A DNA stretch of 62,672 nucleotides, filler included, from Stramenopiles sp. TOSAG23-3 (lineage: Eukaryota), in the NCBI GenBank assembly GCA_900128585.1. It is 7 parts of 7 records of this genome, joined end to end, with 100 filler letters (N's around TTAATTAATTAA, not from the genome) between each part and the next. Parts side by side here need not be neighbours in the genome. Positions count along the whole stretch, not along the records: positions 1 to 14,166 come from LT642585.1; 6 more parts are not named here. One strand, written 5' to 3'. Below the pieces are notes generated by a model. That model searched no databases. It saw only the letters and a list, made by a program, of their open reading frames with translations, and was not told the origin of the DNA. Both the position numbers and the translations under genes were made by a program. This document shows, piece after piece, positions 1 through 10,732 of this stretch. How positions within the stretch are numbered: position 1 is the first letter of the stretch; the number at the start of each line of letters is the position of its first letter.

Positions 1-239
1 GGATGATGGAGGAAGAAGAGAAAAAAAAAGAAAAAAAAAAAAAAAATAATTTTGAATTAAATGAAAAAATATTATGGTATCATCAATATTGAATATTAAT
101 AATACTTGACGACGAACAGTTTATAACAAAAAAGGCATATAGAGATAGTAACAAGGGATTGATTCGTTGAGGACTATTGCTTTTTATAGCCTTAACCATT
201 ACATGCAAAACGCAACGCAACAACACTTTGTTGAGTAAC

Positions 240-2591
240 ATGGCCAACCGGCGGCAGAAGAATTCATGGAAGGAGCTGACTTCTCCCACCGAAAAAGATA
301 GAGTACACGCATTTGAGGTGGGCGTACAGGAGGCGCCGGGAACCGAGCAGACGACACTCTACGATCACGAAAGCGTCTTCCTCTACGGACTTGTGAAGGA
401 GAAGAAGAAAGTGAAGAGATTTTTCGGGAAAGGCGCCGGCGGGCTGAAAAAGATATTTAATGATGGGCGCCGGAAGGCCGGAAAGAGCACAGTAAACGAC
501 GCGGAGTTCAGAGGCGTCGAAGAAGACCTGCAATTGAGAACCATAACAGAAACGATTAGCAACGAAGTAAGCATCGGTTTCAACTTTTGCCGGTGCTTTC
601 GAATAAGCCTGTACCACTTTCTGTACCCCCTGTCCATCCCTCTTGTGTACTTTTACGAAGGGTTTAACCTGGCGCACGCATTGCAGTTTTTGTGCTGCTT
701 AAACCCTAAGACCAGGAGACTGCGGTCAAAAGCCGGCTGCGCCGATTACTGCCGTAACCTGGTGCCCGAGCTGGCCCTTTCGCAGTACATTATTAATCCT
801 GGGATGACGCTCTTGATAATAGTCTCTCTGGCGCATAATGACTTTGCCGAGCTGCCGTGCGCAGGGATTGTGAAAGCAAACCTTCTAATCGCGTTGGCGT
901 ACCATTTTATCCGGCTTATTGTCGTTGGAATAAAGTATGGGATGATGAACAGCACCGAGTTTCACCTTTTGTGCACTCGCCCGTTTTCCGAGACGTGGCT
1001 TATTTGGATGCAGCAACACTTGGTGTGGTGGGGCGGGCCGTCGGGCGATCGGCTGGCTGGCATTCGTGACGTCATGCAGGTCGCAATCCTTCGGGAAGGC
1101 TTGGACGTGCCCAGGGCAGGCGCGGACAAGTTTTCTGCCAACGATGGGTTTTACTTTTCATTTACCATTGAAGTCAACCAAAGGGACGTACCAAAGTTTG
1201 CGATCCTGAAAGCGTCGCCGGATTTAAAAAAGATGGGCCAAGAGACGATACACTTGTTGGAAGACTTCGAGCCATCGACCGTCCCCAGAGCTATTGAAGA
1301 GAAAGTTAGGGATGTATTTCATTCGCTTCGAGACAAGGGGGATCGCTCCAAAAAAGATTTCTTGGCCTTTCGAAAAGCCTTTGCTGTAGCCCCAGATTTT
1401 TTCTACGGCAAAAAGGTAAGCTTGGCAACACCCCGCAGCGGAAAATGCTTCGTCGAGCTTCGAATGGAGGGGCGCGAGACCTGCGTGGCCTCGATTCACA
1501 AATATTTTGACGCCGGTTACCTCCCGTATCAAAGGATAATCATGAAGGTGCTTACCGTATTTCAAACGTTGCTTCCTTGGGCCGTAGCTTTGCTTAGTAT
1601 TGACCAATCGTCCACGTCTACTGCAACCGAAAGCTACAATGGAATGATGCGAAACGGTACGACGAACAAGTGGTCGTGCGAGTTGTACAACAAAGGAAAC
1701 TTTTCAAAGTTTGGCATCGACGAACAAATTAAATACAGCCATTCCGATAGTGCCGCGGGGAATCAGATCAGGTTGCCCTGGATGTACTTCATCACGATCT
1801 TGAGCACCATGAACCACGGCTTTTGCGCGTTTATACTGTTCAATTGGCTATTCGCCAGCATCTACGATTACCGCCGAAGGTACGTTTCAATGTACGCTTT
1901 TGACGATTTAATAAAGAAGCGGCACATGATCGTCACCGAAAAATTCGAGGAATTCCAAACTTCGCGCTCCCTGCACGAGAACCCTTCGTTCAACGACAAT
2001 GCAAAAGGGTACAAGAAGGTTGGTTTTAGGGCGAAGCGAGTGGCCCCGGTCCTACTATTGGATTCCCCGTCCAATGTGCTCGCGTTTATTAAGGCTCGAA
2101 AAATATTGAAGAAAATTGGTTACGTCTACCATTATCGAATTCAAATATTGACCGCTGTTTTATTTTCCAGCATGGCCCTTCTGCTTTATTTTGCCGTTCG
2201 GGAACTTATTAGTGGAGGCCCCAGTTGCGCCGGAGAGCTAGACCGCGTGATGATATCTGCGATCGCTTGTTTTATTGTATTTGGTGGAGCGGCGATATTG
2301 GAAATCATTCACCAAGGGGGACTTGCAAATTACCAGGTATCGCGCTGTGCACAGTTTTTGGCGACCCAAGAAACATACTTGGCTCAAATTTACGAGGATA
2401 ACCCGGACAACGAAGCATTGGAGGTGACCATTACCGCTATCGAAGCTGCCCAGGCAGAAATAGAAACGGAGTGGACCAGGCAGCCCGTGCGTATCTTGGG
2501 CATGCGAGCGGGTGCGACTGCCTTTCGAGTCTTTTCGCTATTTTTGACTGCAGTTTTTAGTTTTGTTCGGTCAAGACTTAATGATTGTTGA
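240..2591 (+). CDS. Multi-pass membrane protein, PHTF-like (7TM ion channel superfamily related to insect odorant/gustatory receptors)
   Basis: Long ORF, first ATG at 240, several hydrophobic helices. C-terminal third (DYRRRYVSMYAFDDL ... PVLLLDSPSNVLAFIKARKILKKIG ... LATQETYL ... PVRILGMRA) follows the motif order I recall for the PHTF1/2 C-terminus. The CDS is secure; the family call is by eye. Confidence 0.6.
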   Translation: MANRRQKNSWKELTSPTEKDRVHAFEVGVQEAPGTEQTTLYDHESVFLYGLVKEKKKVKRFFGKGAGGLKKIFNDGRRKAGKSTVNDAEFRGVEEDLQLRTITETISNEVSIGFNFCRCFRISLYHFLYPLSIPLVYFYEGFNLAHALQFLCCLNPKTRRLRSKAGCADYCRNLVPELALSQYIINPGMTLLIIVSLAHNDFAELPCAGIVKANLLIALAYHFIRLIVVGIKYGMMNSTEFHLLCTRPFSETWLIWMQQHLVWWGGPSGDRLAGIRDVMQVAILREGLDVPRAGADKFSANDGFYFSFTIEVNQRDVPKFAILKASPDLKKMGQETIHLLEDFEPSTVPRAIEEKVRDVFHSLRDKGDRSKKDFLAFRKAFAVAPDFFYGKKVSLATPRSGKCFVELRMEGRETCVASIHKYFDAGYLPYQRIIMKVLTVFQTLLPWAVALLSIDQSSTSTATESYNGMMRNGTTNKWSCELYNKGNFSKFGIDEQIKYSHSDSAAGNQIRLPWMYFITILSTMNHGFCAFILFNWLFASIYDYRRRYVSMYAFDDLIKKRHMIVTEKFEEFQTSRSLHENPSFNDNAKGYKKVGFRAKRVAPVLLLDSPSNVLAFIKARKILKKIGYVYHYRIQILTAVLFSSMALLLYFAVRELISGGPSCAGELDRVMISAIACFIVFGGAAILEIIHQGGLANYQVSRCAQFLATQETYLAQIYEDNPDNEALEVTITAIEAAQAEIETEWTRQPVRILGMRAGATAFRVFSLFLTAVFSFVRSRLNDC

Positions 2592-2889
2592 TCGGGAAGA
2601 GATTGCGAAATGTTCTTATCGTGTAGTACAACATGCACGGAGAAGAAGAAGTAGAGACTATATTTTTTAATAGTCGTCTATAGGATGTACAAGAATAATT
2701 GATGTTATAATCTCCCAAAATAATAATAGTCTCGAGTGACCATAATAGCTAAATACCTACGTAACTAGTTCTAACTAATAAAAAAAACGAACCGAAATAT
2801 TAATGGGGTCTTTCAAAAGTGTCGTTTTTAAAATAATAATTTAAATAATATTATTATTAAATAAACGAATCAACAACGAATCAACAACG

Positions 2890-3055
2890 AAGAAGAAAGA
2901 AGAAGAAGAAAGAAGAAGAAGAAGAAGAAGAAAGAAGAAGAAAGAAGAAGAAAGAAGAAGAAAGAAGAAGAAGAAGAAAGAAGAAGAAAGAAGAAGAAAG
3001 AAAGAAGAAGAAAGAAGAAGAAAGAAGAAAGAAGAAAGAAGAAGAAAGAAGAAAA
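2890..3055 (+). repeat. GAA/GAAA purine microsatellite
   Basis: Continuous mixed (GAA)n/(GAAA)n tract in an intergenic spacer. Confidence 0.95.
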
Positions 3056-3432
3056 CATTTTTTTATTTATTATTATATAGTATTTACCTGGTATTTAATA
3101 TTATTATATATCTATAACCATTATCTAAAAAATAAATACGGTATTAATACCTACCTGGTACTCTACTATAAATAATAATACCACCATCCATCTTCTTTTC
3201 TTGTCGTTTAGTTCCATTTAGTGCTTTTTATTACTTTTGAATGATACTATACGTATTACAATTTAAACTAAATCAGTATCGAACAGACACTCACTCACGA
3301 CACAAACCTTACCCAATCCGTGGATATTTCCCATCTATTCACATATTGACAGCCCTAACCCTGTGCGATTACGTGACAACACAGACGTTTTGATAGAATC
3401 ATTTGTCGGTGTCACCAACCGGAGTCAATACG

Positions 3433-5049
3433 ATGGCAAAGCGAGACGCGGACGTGGCTGGTTTGGGCAGTGGAGGCTCGTCCGGGCAGCACCCGACAGT
3501 GGCAGTAATCAACCACACCCCTATCCCAGTGACTCTCTTGAGTGGTTTTCTTGGGGCAGGAAAGACGACCATGCTGAAGCATATACTAGAAAATAAAGCT
3601 GGGCTCAAAGTGGGCTGCGTAGTCAACGATGTAGCATCGGTCAACATAGACGCCAAGCTGGTACGAAATCAGCAAAGCTCCTCGAACAAGGAGGGCACCG
3701 ACGGTAAAAGCGGAACGGGAGACAAAAGCACCATCCAGTCCTTGAACCCCGACACGATCGAGCTGCAAAATGGATGCGTGTGCTGCACCGTTTCAGAAGA
3801 GCTGATCCAGACAATCTTTGGATTGCTGCAGATATGTGACGTGCGTGGAGATTTGTATGATTTTATTGTAATCGAGTCGAGCGGGGTGGCGGAGCCGAAA
3901 GGGGTGCGGGACACGTTCCAAGACTTGATTGACGCAGGGCACAGCGTGATGGACCGTGTATCGTTGAACAACATGGTGACCGTGTTGGACAGCGTCGATT
4001 TTATGAAGCAGTATAACACCCGCGAGGTGATGATGCAGCGCCCAGACTTGGGTTCCTTCCGTGAAGCCGGGGCGGCCGATGCGTCCCACACGCCCGTCGT
4101 AAACTTACTTATCGAGCAGGTAGAATGTGCCGATGCCATCGTGATCAACAAGACGGACCTGATCGACGACGAAAAACTGACGGAGTTGAAGACCTTGATT
4201 GGCACTTTGAACCCAACGGCGAACTTAATCCCAGCGTCGTTCGGGAAAGTCCAAAGTTCTGACATACTCAGAAAGTACGAGGAAGGCCAACAGTCCATCG
4301 CCGACAAGGGCATCGAGGAAGAGCTGGCAGCGGCAAAGGCGCACGCGCAACAGCTGAAAAAGCAAAAGGTCGAGCATGGGCACGGTCACTCCCATGGCCA
4401 CGGTCACTCCCATGGCCATTCGCACGAGCATGGGAAAGGCCACGACGAAAAACGCGATCATGGCCATTCGCACGATCATGGTTCTGAATCATGCGATCAC
4501 GACCACCATAAACCAGGCCACGAGTGTGGGGACCATTGCGATCACAAAGACCACCACCATGACAAGGCGAAGGCGCGGCATAAGGACCGTTTCGGTATTT
4601 CTAGCTTCGTTTACAGTGCCCGTCGCCCGTTTAAACACACACGGTTGAGCGAAACCCTCAGAGGACTGAAACAGAACGGCCTTCCCGAGGCGGAAAAGGA
4701 CGTGAAAAGCCCTTTGCAGCAGGTCGTGCGATCTAAAGGTTTCGTTTGGTACGAATCGAAAGCCCAGCTGTGTTTCTATTGGAGTCATGCGGGGGGCAGT
4801 TTTGAAATGCGTGCGACAGGCCCGTGGTGGGCTTGCACCCCTCAACATCAATGGCCAACAGGTGGCATGCCAGACTTTATAACGAAAGATATGAAGGGCG
4901 AGTACGGAGATTGCAGGCAAGAGATTGTTTTCATAGGTATTGGTATGGACGAAGCGGCGATCATCAAGTGCATGGACGCCTGCCTGCTCTCCGATGAAGA
5001 ATTCGAGAAATTCAAAACTGATGTCCTCCCCCCCCCCCTGAAGGCCTAA
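3433..5049 (+). CDS. CobW/COG0523 family zinc-chaperone GTPase with His-rich insert
   Basis: GFLGAGKTT P-loop, GCVCC metal motif, ESSG Walker B, NKTD G4, His-rich tract, CobW_C domain (VVRSKGFVW...QEIVFIG). First ATG at 3433. Confidence 0.95.
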   Translation: MAKRDADVAGLGSGGSSGQHPTVAVINHTPIPVTLLSGFLGAGKTTMLKHILENKAGLKVGCVVNDVASVNIDAKLVRNQQSSSNKEGTDGKSGTGDKSTIQSLNPDTIELQNGCVCCTVSEELIQTIFGLLQICDVRGDLYDFIVIESSGVAEPKGVRDTFQDLIDAGHSVMDRVSLNNMVTVLDSVDFMKQYNTREVMMQRPDLGSFREAGAADASHTPVVNLLIEQVECADAIVINKTDLIDDEKLTELKTLIGTLNPTANLIPASFGKVQSSDILRKYEEGQQSIADKGIEEELAAAKAHAQQLKKQKVEHGHGHSHGHGHSHGHSHEHGKGHDEKRDHGHSHDHGSESCDHDHHKPGHECGDHCDHKDHHHDKAKARHKDRFGISSFVYSARRPFKHTRLSETLRGLKQNGLPEAEKDVKSPLQQVVRSKGFVWYESKAQLCFYWSHAGGSFEMRATGPWWACTPQHQWPTGGMPDFITKDMKGEYGDCRQEIVFIGIGMDEAAIIKCMDACLLSDEEFEKFKTDVLPPPLKA

Positions 5050-5311
5050 GAATCACATACACATTTCGCATTGGACACAGATCATTTCAACAGTCACCAC
5101 ATTCTGTGTTTACTCGGTTGCCTCAAGCACTGAGCTGAAAAATTGCCAAAAAGTACCCTCGGTGTGCGTTTTTTATTTTAGTTTGAAGAGAGAGAGAGGA
5201 GATAATTTTTGGAAAATATTTGAGTTTGTTTTTGTTATACACAAGATTAGTACCGAGAGTATTTCTTACGACGTATGATTATCTTTTATCTTATATATTT
5301 TATCTCAGCAA

Positions 5312-5929
5312 CTACCTTTTTTTCCCACTTCCACGCTGGTTTCCACCACCCCCAGCACTACTTTTTTCCCCACTTCCACCGCCAGAATCGCAGCTATCGC
5401 ATTCCTTGTCTGCATCCAACGCTCTCGCAGACAGGGTGGCCGCGGCACACTTGCAATAGTCGGATTTTTCGCTCAGCGCAAGGTCGGGGTCGAAGCGTGC
5501 ACCGAGAGTCATGTACTCCGCAGCTGGACGAAATTGCAAAAATGACAATGGCATTACCTGCGAAGAAGAGGACTTGAACGCCCTGGCCAAATCCTTTACC
5601 AGCTGTTTCACCAGCCTTCCCTTGTCTTTCTCGGGAAGGTGCGTTGGCCTTCCACCAGGCCTTAGCAGCTTGCTTTCTGCACTTTTCCGACGGGCCAAAG
5701 CGACCTTTTCAATAAAACTTTCTAATATGCCTTGTTTGTCCAGGCGACTAATTACAAATGCCTCAATGCCGTCCCGCTCGTCTCGAGGTTTTTCCTGTCC
5801 GGGCCGTGCAGCCGGGGAATCACTGGCAAAAATTGAAGCGATAAACAGGGACGCGACCCAAAGTAGTAGCAGAAGCTTCTCTCTATTCGGCCGGGCGCAG
5901 TAGCGACGTTGTGCCACGTTTAAAGCCAT
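5312..5929 (-). CDS. Hypothetical protein with N-terminal hydrophobic segment (secreted or anchored)
   Basis: 205-aa ATG-initiated ORF in a GC-richer island, LLLLLWVASLFIASIFA helix, small Cys cluster, Gly-rich tail. No family recognised. Confidence 0.55.
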   Translation of the reverse strand: MALNVAQRRYCARPNREKLLLLLWVASLFIASIFASDSPAARPGQEKPRDERDGIEAFVISRLDKQGILESFIEKVALARRKSAESKLLRPGGRPTHLPEKDKGRLVKQLVKDLARAFKSSSSQVMPLSFLQFRPAAEYMTLGARFDPDLALSEKSDYCKCAAATLSARALDADKECDSCDSGGGSGEKSSAGGGGNQRGSGKKR

Positions 5930-6569
5930 TTCCCCACGCGTTTTGCCTCAACGTCGCCGAGAGTGGGGTGTACACGAAATTGAATATTGGGAAGGTGTCG
6001 TAGGACGGGGGATTCAAATCGACCAAACTTTCGACTTGTCCACGTGCAGCCCAGGGTTTGAACAAGAAAAAAAGAAGAACAATAACTAATATATATTTAT
6101 TATGAGGAGGAGGAGTAGTCGTCTATTGTTATTATAAAAACAAAAAATTGGCTGTTATTTAGAGGAGTAATAATTAAAATTATATAAACAGATAATAGTC
6201 TCGAGTCTACTACGGTACGGGTACGGACTAGGCTGGGCATTGTTAGACTAATTAGTATACGAAGGATGATGATTCGTACCTGTACCTACCTTCTGAACTT
6301 CGAACAACAACGGACGACGCAGCGAGGCAGTCACTGAATAAGCAACTACCGTCAGGTACTGGGAGGATTAGGCAGTGGTGGTGGGGGGTTTCGTCCGTGA
6401 TAACACGGTTTCTTTCCTCGTGTGTATTTAAAAAAATAATTATGGCTCCTGTTATTTAGGTCCGTGTGTTTTTATTTTTTATAGTTACATTTTTGTAAAA
6501 ATGTATTTGTATATAATTATATTGAAACTCTTTTGCCACAATGAGTCCACTCTCTCTTCTAAAAACCTT

Positions 6570-7340
6570 TTAAAACCCGACGGTGCCAGTTGCAGCAATG
6601 CCAGTTCCTCCGGTGCTACCGGTCCCCCCGGTACTTCCGGTCGGACTCTGCCCACCATGGTTAACAGTACCTTTGGCCTTCGGGTTCTTCTCTTTGCTTC
6701 CAAGGTCGAGGGGTTGTACTTTTGGCACTGCGACACGCTTCAATTTCACACCGTCAATCCTGAACGGCAAGATAACCTCACTCCTGGAGCTTCCCTTAAC
6801 ACCAGCTACTTGTGTATTTTTCACCGCTGGTCCATAGAGGCGACAGTTGCAGCCATGGTCTTTCATGAACCCCAAGACGGAACCTGGTACTGCTTCACTA
6901 TTTCGTACGCACTGAACGCCGTTTGGGTTGACGGTGGTCTTTCCACCGTCGGCGGCACCGGTGCACAATTCCAAATGGTACAGTTCTCGGCAGACGATTT
7001 TTCCAGTGTCGTCCTTGTATTGTTGCATGTGGCCAGGGTTGGGCTTGCACGCAGAGCTTGCAAAGGCGTCGCTGCTGCGGAAGAACTTGACTAAACTATC
7101 AACGCATTTATAGGCGTGGCATACTCCCACTTCGCTGTCTTTTTGGACAATGTGCCTTTTACTAGTGAAATACTGGTTCGACATGAGCCCCTGGCTGGCC
7201 GAGTCATTGTCAGAGGCGGCTTCCAGTTCACCGTGGAAATCATTGGCCCCAGGCTCTACACCCTCCCCTTGCCGTAAAAAAGCACCGTCTACGGAGCCCA
7301 AGGCTATTACTGCAAGCGCTACCAAAGCGGACGTCTTCAT
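6570..7340 (-). CDS. Secreted Cys-containing hypothetical protein with G/S/T-rich tail
   Basis: Signal peptide MKTSALVALAVIALGSVDG, 8 Cys, C-terminal GSTGGT repeats. Confidence 0.75.
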   Translation of the reverse strand: MKTSALVALAVIALGSVDGAFLRQGEGVEPGANDFHGELEAASDNDSASQGLMSNQYFTSKRHIVQKDSEVGVCHAYKCVDSLVKFFRSSDAFASSACKPNPGHMQQYKDDTGKIVCRELYHLELCTGAADGGKTTVNPNGVQCVRNSEAVPGSVLGFMKDHGCNCRLYGPAVKNTQVAGVKGSSRSEVILPFRIDGVKLKRVAVPKVQPLDLGSKEKNPKAKGTVNHGGQSPTGSTGGTGSTGGTGIAATGTVGF

Positions 7341-8526
7341 CGTGCAAAGTTTACGGTTATAAAAACAAACAAACTTACGTTAGTCGACAAAACGAATTGC
7401 TTTGGAACGGATAGAAACGAAACCACGCTCCGATAGTTTTCTTTTTTATGAACCCCTTCGCGGACAAGTACCATGCATCCTTTCCCCCATCTTCCGATGA
7501 ACTCAAATTGGTTACACTTTAATCGAATTGTTTCTTACTAATTTAATAAAGAAGAAACTAATTTTGCAAAAAGTTAGCAATTTTAGTTCCTTTCCACTAT
7601 ATACTCCTATGTATTTATCTTATTTTTATATTAATAATAATCTATCAAATGTATACAATATATATACAATAAGTACAGATTATACATTATTAATAAAATT
7701 AGAATACTATTATATGTATTTAATTACTTACTATCCGGACGAAGCCTAAGCCCCTCTTTTTTTCATAAACCATAATTATAGTTAGAATTAGGGTTCCCTC
7801 TTTTTTTCATAAAAAATAAATTCAAGGAAGGATGTTCCCACTTCGTTTGTATTTAAGACTAAGTATAGGAGATCGTATACTTAGTAAAAGAAACGCAATA
7901 CGAAATATAAAGAAATAAAGTGTAAATCAAAGATAAATAAATAGGAAGAAAGCTAAGAAAGCTAAGAAGAAAGCTAAGAAAGCTAAGAAAGCAAAAAAGC
8001 AAAAAAGCAAAAAAGAAAATCCATTTTAATAAGGTATATTTTATTCACAATACAATAATATTTTATTTAAGTACAAATACACCACAGCCACACAAAATAA
8101 CCGTGGAAGTAAAGGTTTAAGTATTTTATTGCTCGATTAAAATTTAATTTATACACTTTAGCATGATAATAGCATAGGATATATTGAAGAAAGAAGACAT
8201 CAATTATTCAGAAAAGTCGTTAAATAATAAAATAATAAATAAATAAAAATTAATTAAAAAAATAATAATAATAAAAATTAAATTCAGAACGATCGAACGC
8301 CTTACTTCGCTGTTATTGATACTACGTTTCATTTCAATGAAGGCATTGTAGGTAAAGTAGTTTTCATGAGGATAATTAAAAAGAAGAAAGGACGGAGCGG
8401 ATCTCTTTGTATCTCTATAAAACCGAACGACTGTTGAGATGAGAAAAGGCTTTCCATTTCTCTTCTTTTTTCATTTTTTTTTTTTATAACGCACAAAACA
8501 AAACACCCTCTCCTCCGTGTTGGGAT

Positions 8527-9558
8527 ATGATGGGGTACCACCGAGTAGTATTGTTGGTCGCGGTCTTGGCAGGGGTGGCGCTCACCTTCGTTGCGGCGGC
8601 GGACGACGACAATCATCGCCTTGTGTCCCAAGAGGCCAAGAAGCTCGTCGATAAAGTAAATAGCAACGAGGCACAGCTGAAAGCGAAGCATGTAGACCCA
8701 AAGATTGCCGCCGAGCACCACTTCACCCTCGCAGACGTAAACCACGACGAGCTGCTGGACAGGGACGAGTTCAAGGCCATGTACTTGCACTTGACCGCGA
8801 CCGTCGGTGGTTTCGGCGTCCTCGGCGACGAAGGGGAGCACGGGGCATTCGCCGGAATTAGCCACGACGGTCTACAGGTAGCGAAGAACGCGATGGGGTT
8901 CTGGAGCGCGTTCTTCAACAGCATTGCCATGATCATTGTCACCGAGTTGGGCGACAAGACATTTTTCATCGCCGCCATTATGGCCATGCGTAACCCTCGC
9001 TTGGTGGTCTTCGCGGGGGCCATCGGGGCGCTCGCCGTGATGACCGTCCTCTCGACAGTGATCGGCTTCGCGCTGCCCAAGATATTGCCGAAACAGTACA
9101 CGCACTTGGCAGCCGGGGGGCTGTTTGCTTTTTTTGGCTACAAACTGCTCGCGGAAGCGTACGAAATGTACAAAGAGGGCAAGGGCGGCTCGAACGACAC
9201 CAACGACGAGTTGGAGGAGGCAGAGGAAGAGTTGAAGGGAAACACGGTCCTTCCGCAGAATGCCGGGGACGCCCAGGCAAAGCTGTCCGCCGGCAACGTC
9301 ATCGTACTCACCCAGGCGTTCACGATAACTTTTTTTGCGGAATGGGGCGACCGGTCGCAGATTGCAACGATCGCTCTCGCCGCGCACAAGGACCCGTACG
9401 GGGTCACGGTGGGCGGCGTGCTGGGGCACGCGATGTGCACCGGGCTGGCGGTCGTCGGTGGGCGATACTTGGCGGGGAAAATCCCAGAAAGAACCGTCTT
9501 ATTTGCAGGAGGCGTACTGTTTGTTTTGTTTGCAATCCACGCCTTTGTTGTTGGTTAG
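8527..9558 (+). CDS. GDT1: GDT1/TMEM165 (UPF0016) Ca2+/Mn2+ transporter with N-terminal EF-hand-like loop
   Basis: Both UPF0016 motifs present (ELGDKT, EWGDRS), acidic central loop, signal peptide, DVNHDELLDRDE loop. Confidence 0.95.
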   Translation: MMGYHRVVLLVAVLAGVALTFVAAADDDNHRLVSQEAKKLVDKVNSNEAQLKAKHVDPKIAAEHHFTLADVNHDELLDRDEFKAMYLHLTATVGGFGVLGDEGEHGAFAGISHDGLQVAKNAMGFWSAFFNSIAMIIVTELGDKTFFIAAIMAMRNPRLVVFAGAIGALAVMTVLSTVIGFALPKILPKQYTHLAAGGLFAFFGYKLLAEAYEMYKEGKGGSNDTNDELEEAEEELKGNTVLPQNAGDAQAKLSAGNVIVLTQAFTITFFAEWGDRSQIATIALAAHKDPYGVTVGGVLGHAMCTGLAVVGGRYLAGKIPERTVLFAGGVLFVLFAIHAFVVG

Positions 9559-9663
9559 GCCGACCATGCTACTTGCCGCACCGGAAGGAAGGAGGGAAGG
9601 GGGGGGGGGGGGGGGGGGGGCCTTGGGCCTAAACCTAAAACCTAAGCTTAAATCCCGTAAGTA

Positions 9664-9745
9664 AAAACAAAAAATTGGCTGTTATTTTAAGAAATTAAAA
9701 TTTAGCTTTCTTATGTACTGCGAAAATGAATCTGCTCCTTTTGTC
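9664..9745 (+). repeat. Dispersed 3'-associated element (TTGGCTGTTATTT...TACTGCGAA...TCTGCTCCTTTTG), long copy
   Basis: Its reverse complement matches 18051-18130 and 30268-30362. Lies about 105 nt after the GDT1 stop. Confidence 0.85.
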
Positions 9746-10732
9746 TATTATGAACATCCTGTCGAGCTAATATCATTGAAAAAACTTTCTGGAAGAAGTC
9801 AATTGTTATTATTCTAGAGCCAATACGGCAAAACCCCAAAGTCCGTCCTTCCTACGTTCAAGGCCCCGTCTACTCTTCTAGGATGACGAGTACGCACTTC
9901 TAGGATGACAAGTACGCACTAATTCGACAGGCTAAGGGCCGCTTCTTACCATACTTGACACCATGGTCGTGTAACCTAAAAAATAATAGGGACTTTTCCC
10001 AACTATCAGAACAAAGGCAGGTGGGCGAGTATCGTACTGCTAAGAATAAACATCGTTGTTGCAGACAGATGTATGAGAAACGGGAGATTTGTTGTACCTC
10101 GGAGCGACGAGGCGGCGATGTCGCGATGTCTGTGGTCGTCGTGATTTTACAGCAGGTGTGGGTGTGTGGGTCCTTCTTCTATGAGGATTTCTTTCTTAGG
10201 TCAATCTATGACTTTCAACGTTATTTCTACTCGGAATCATAATAGTCTAATAATAGCCGACGACACAACACACGACACTACCACCACCACCACCATCCCC
10301 GCTTTCTTCTTTCTTCGTACTCTGTACTCTTCTCATTCTCTTCTTCTTTTCTTTCTTTCTTTCTTCTTTCTTTCATCATCATCTTTTCAACAAAAAATAA
10401 TAAAAGTCTTTCTTCTTCTTCTTCTTCTATTTTTTTAAAATAATAAATGTACAATTATTATAAAATAATATTATTAATAAACATTTAAAAAAACAAATCT
10501 TTCTACTACACAGGAGTTTACTAAATAATTGCACAAAACATAGTTAGAAGACGAGTATGAGTATGTATGAATTAATAAACAACACATGCATAAGAAATGG
10601 AGATAGGACAGTATAGTACAGGATAAGAAGTAAGTTAGTTGTGTTTGCGTTTACTTTTAGGCTGTAGTTTGCTGCTTTCATTCGGACACGACGACCGGAT
10701 TCAGAATTAGAGTTATAGTCCCAAACTATATT

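Noticed and set aside
6266-6337. Possible C/D-box snoRNA (ATGATGA...CTGA...CTGA)
   Set aside because: No rRNA-complementary guide or terminal stem recognised; such short boxes arise by chance.
9599-9620. Long G run after GDT1
   Set aside because: Simple homopolymer of unreliable length; no evidence of function.
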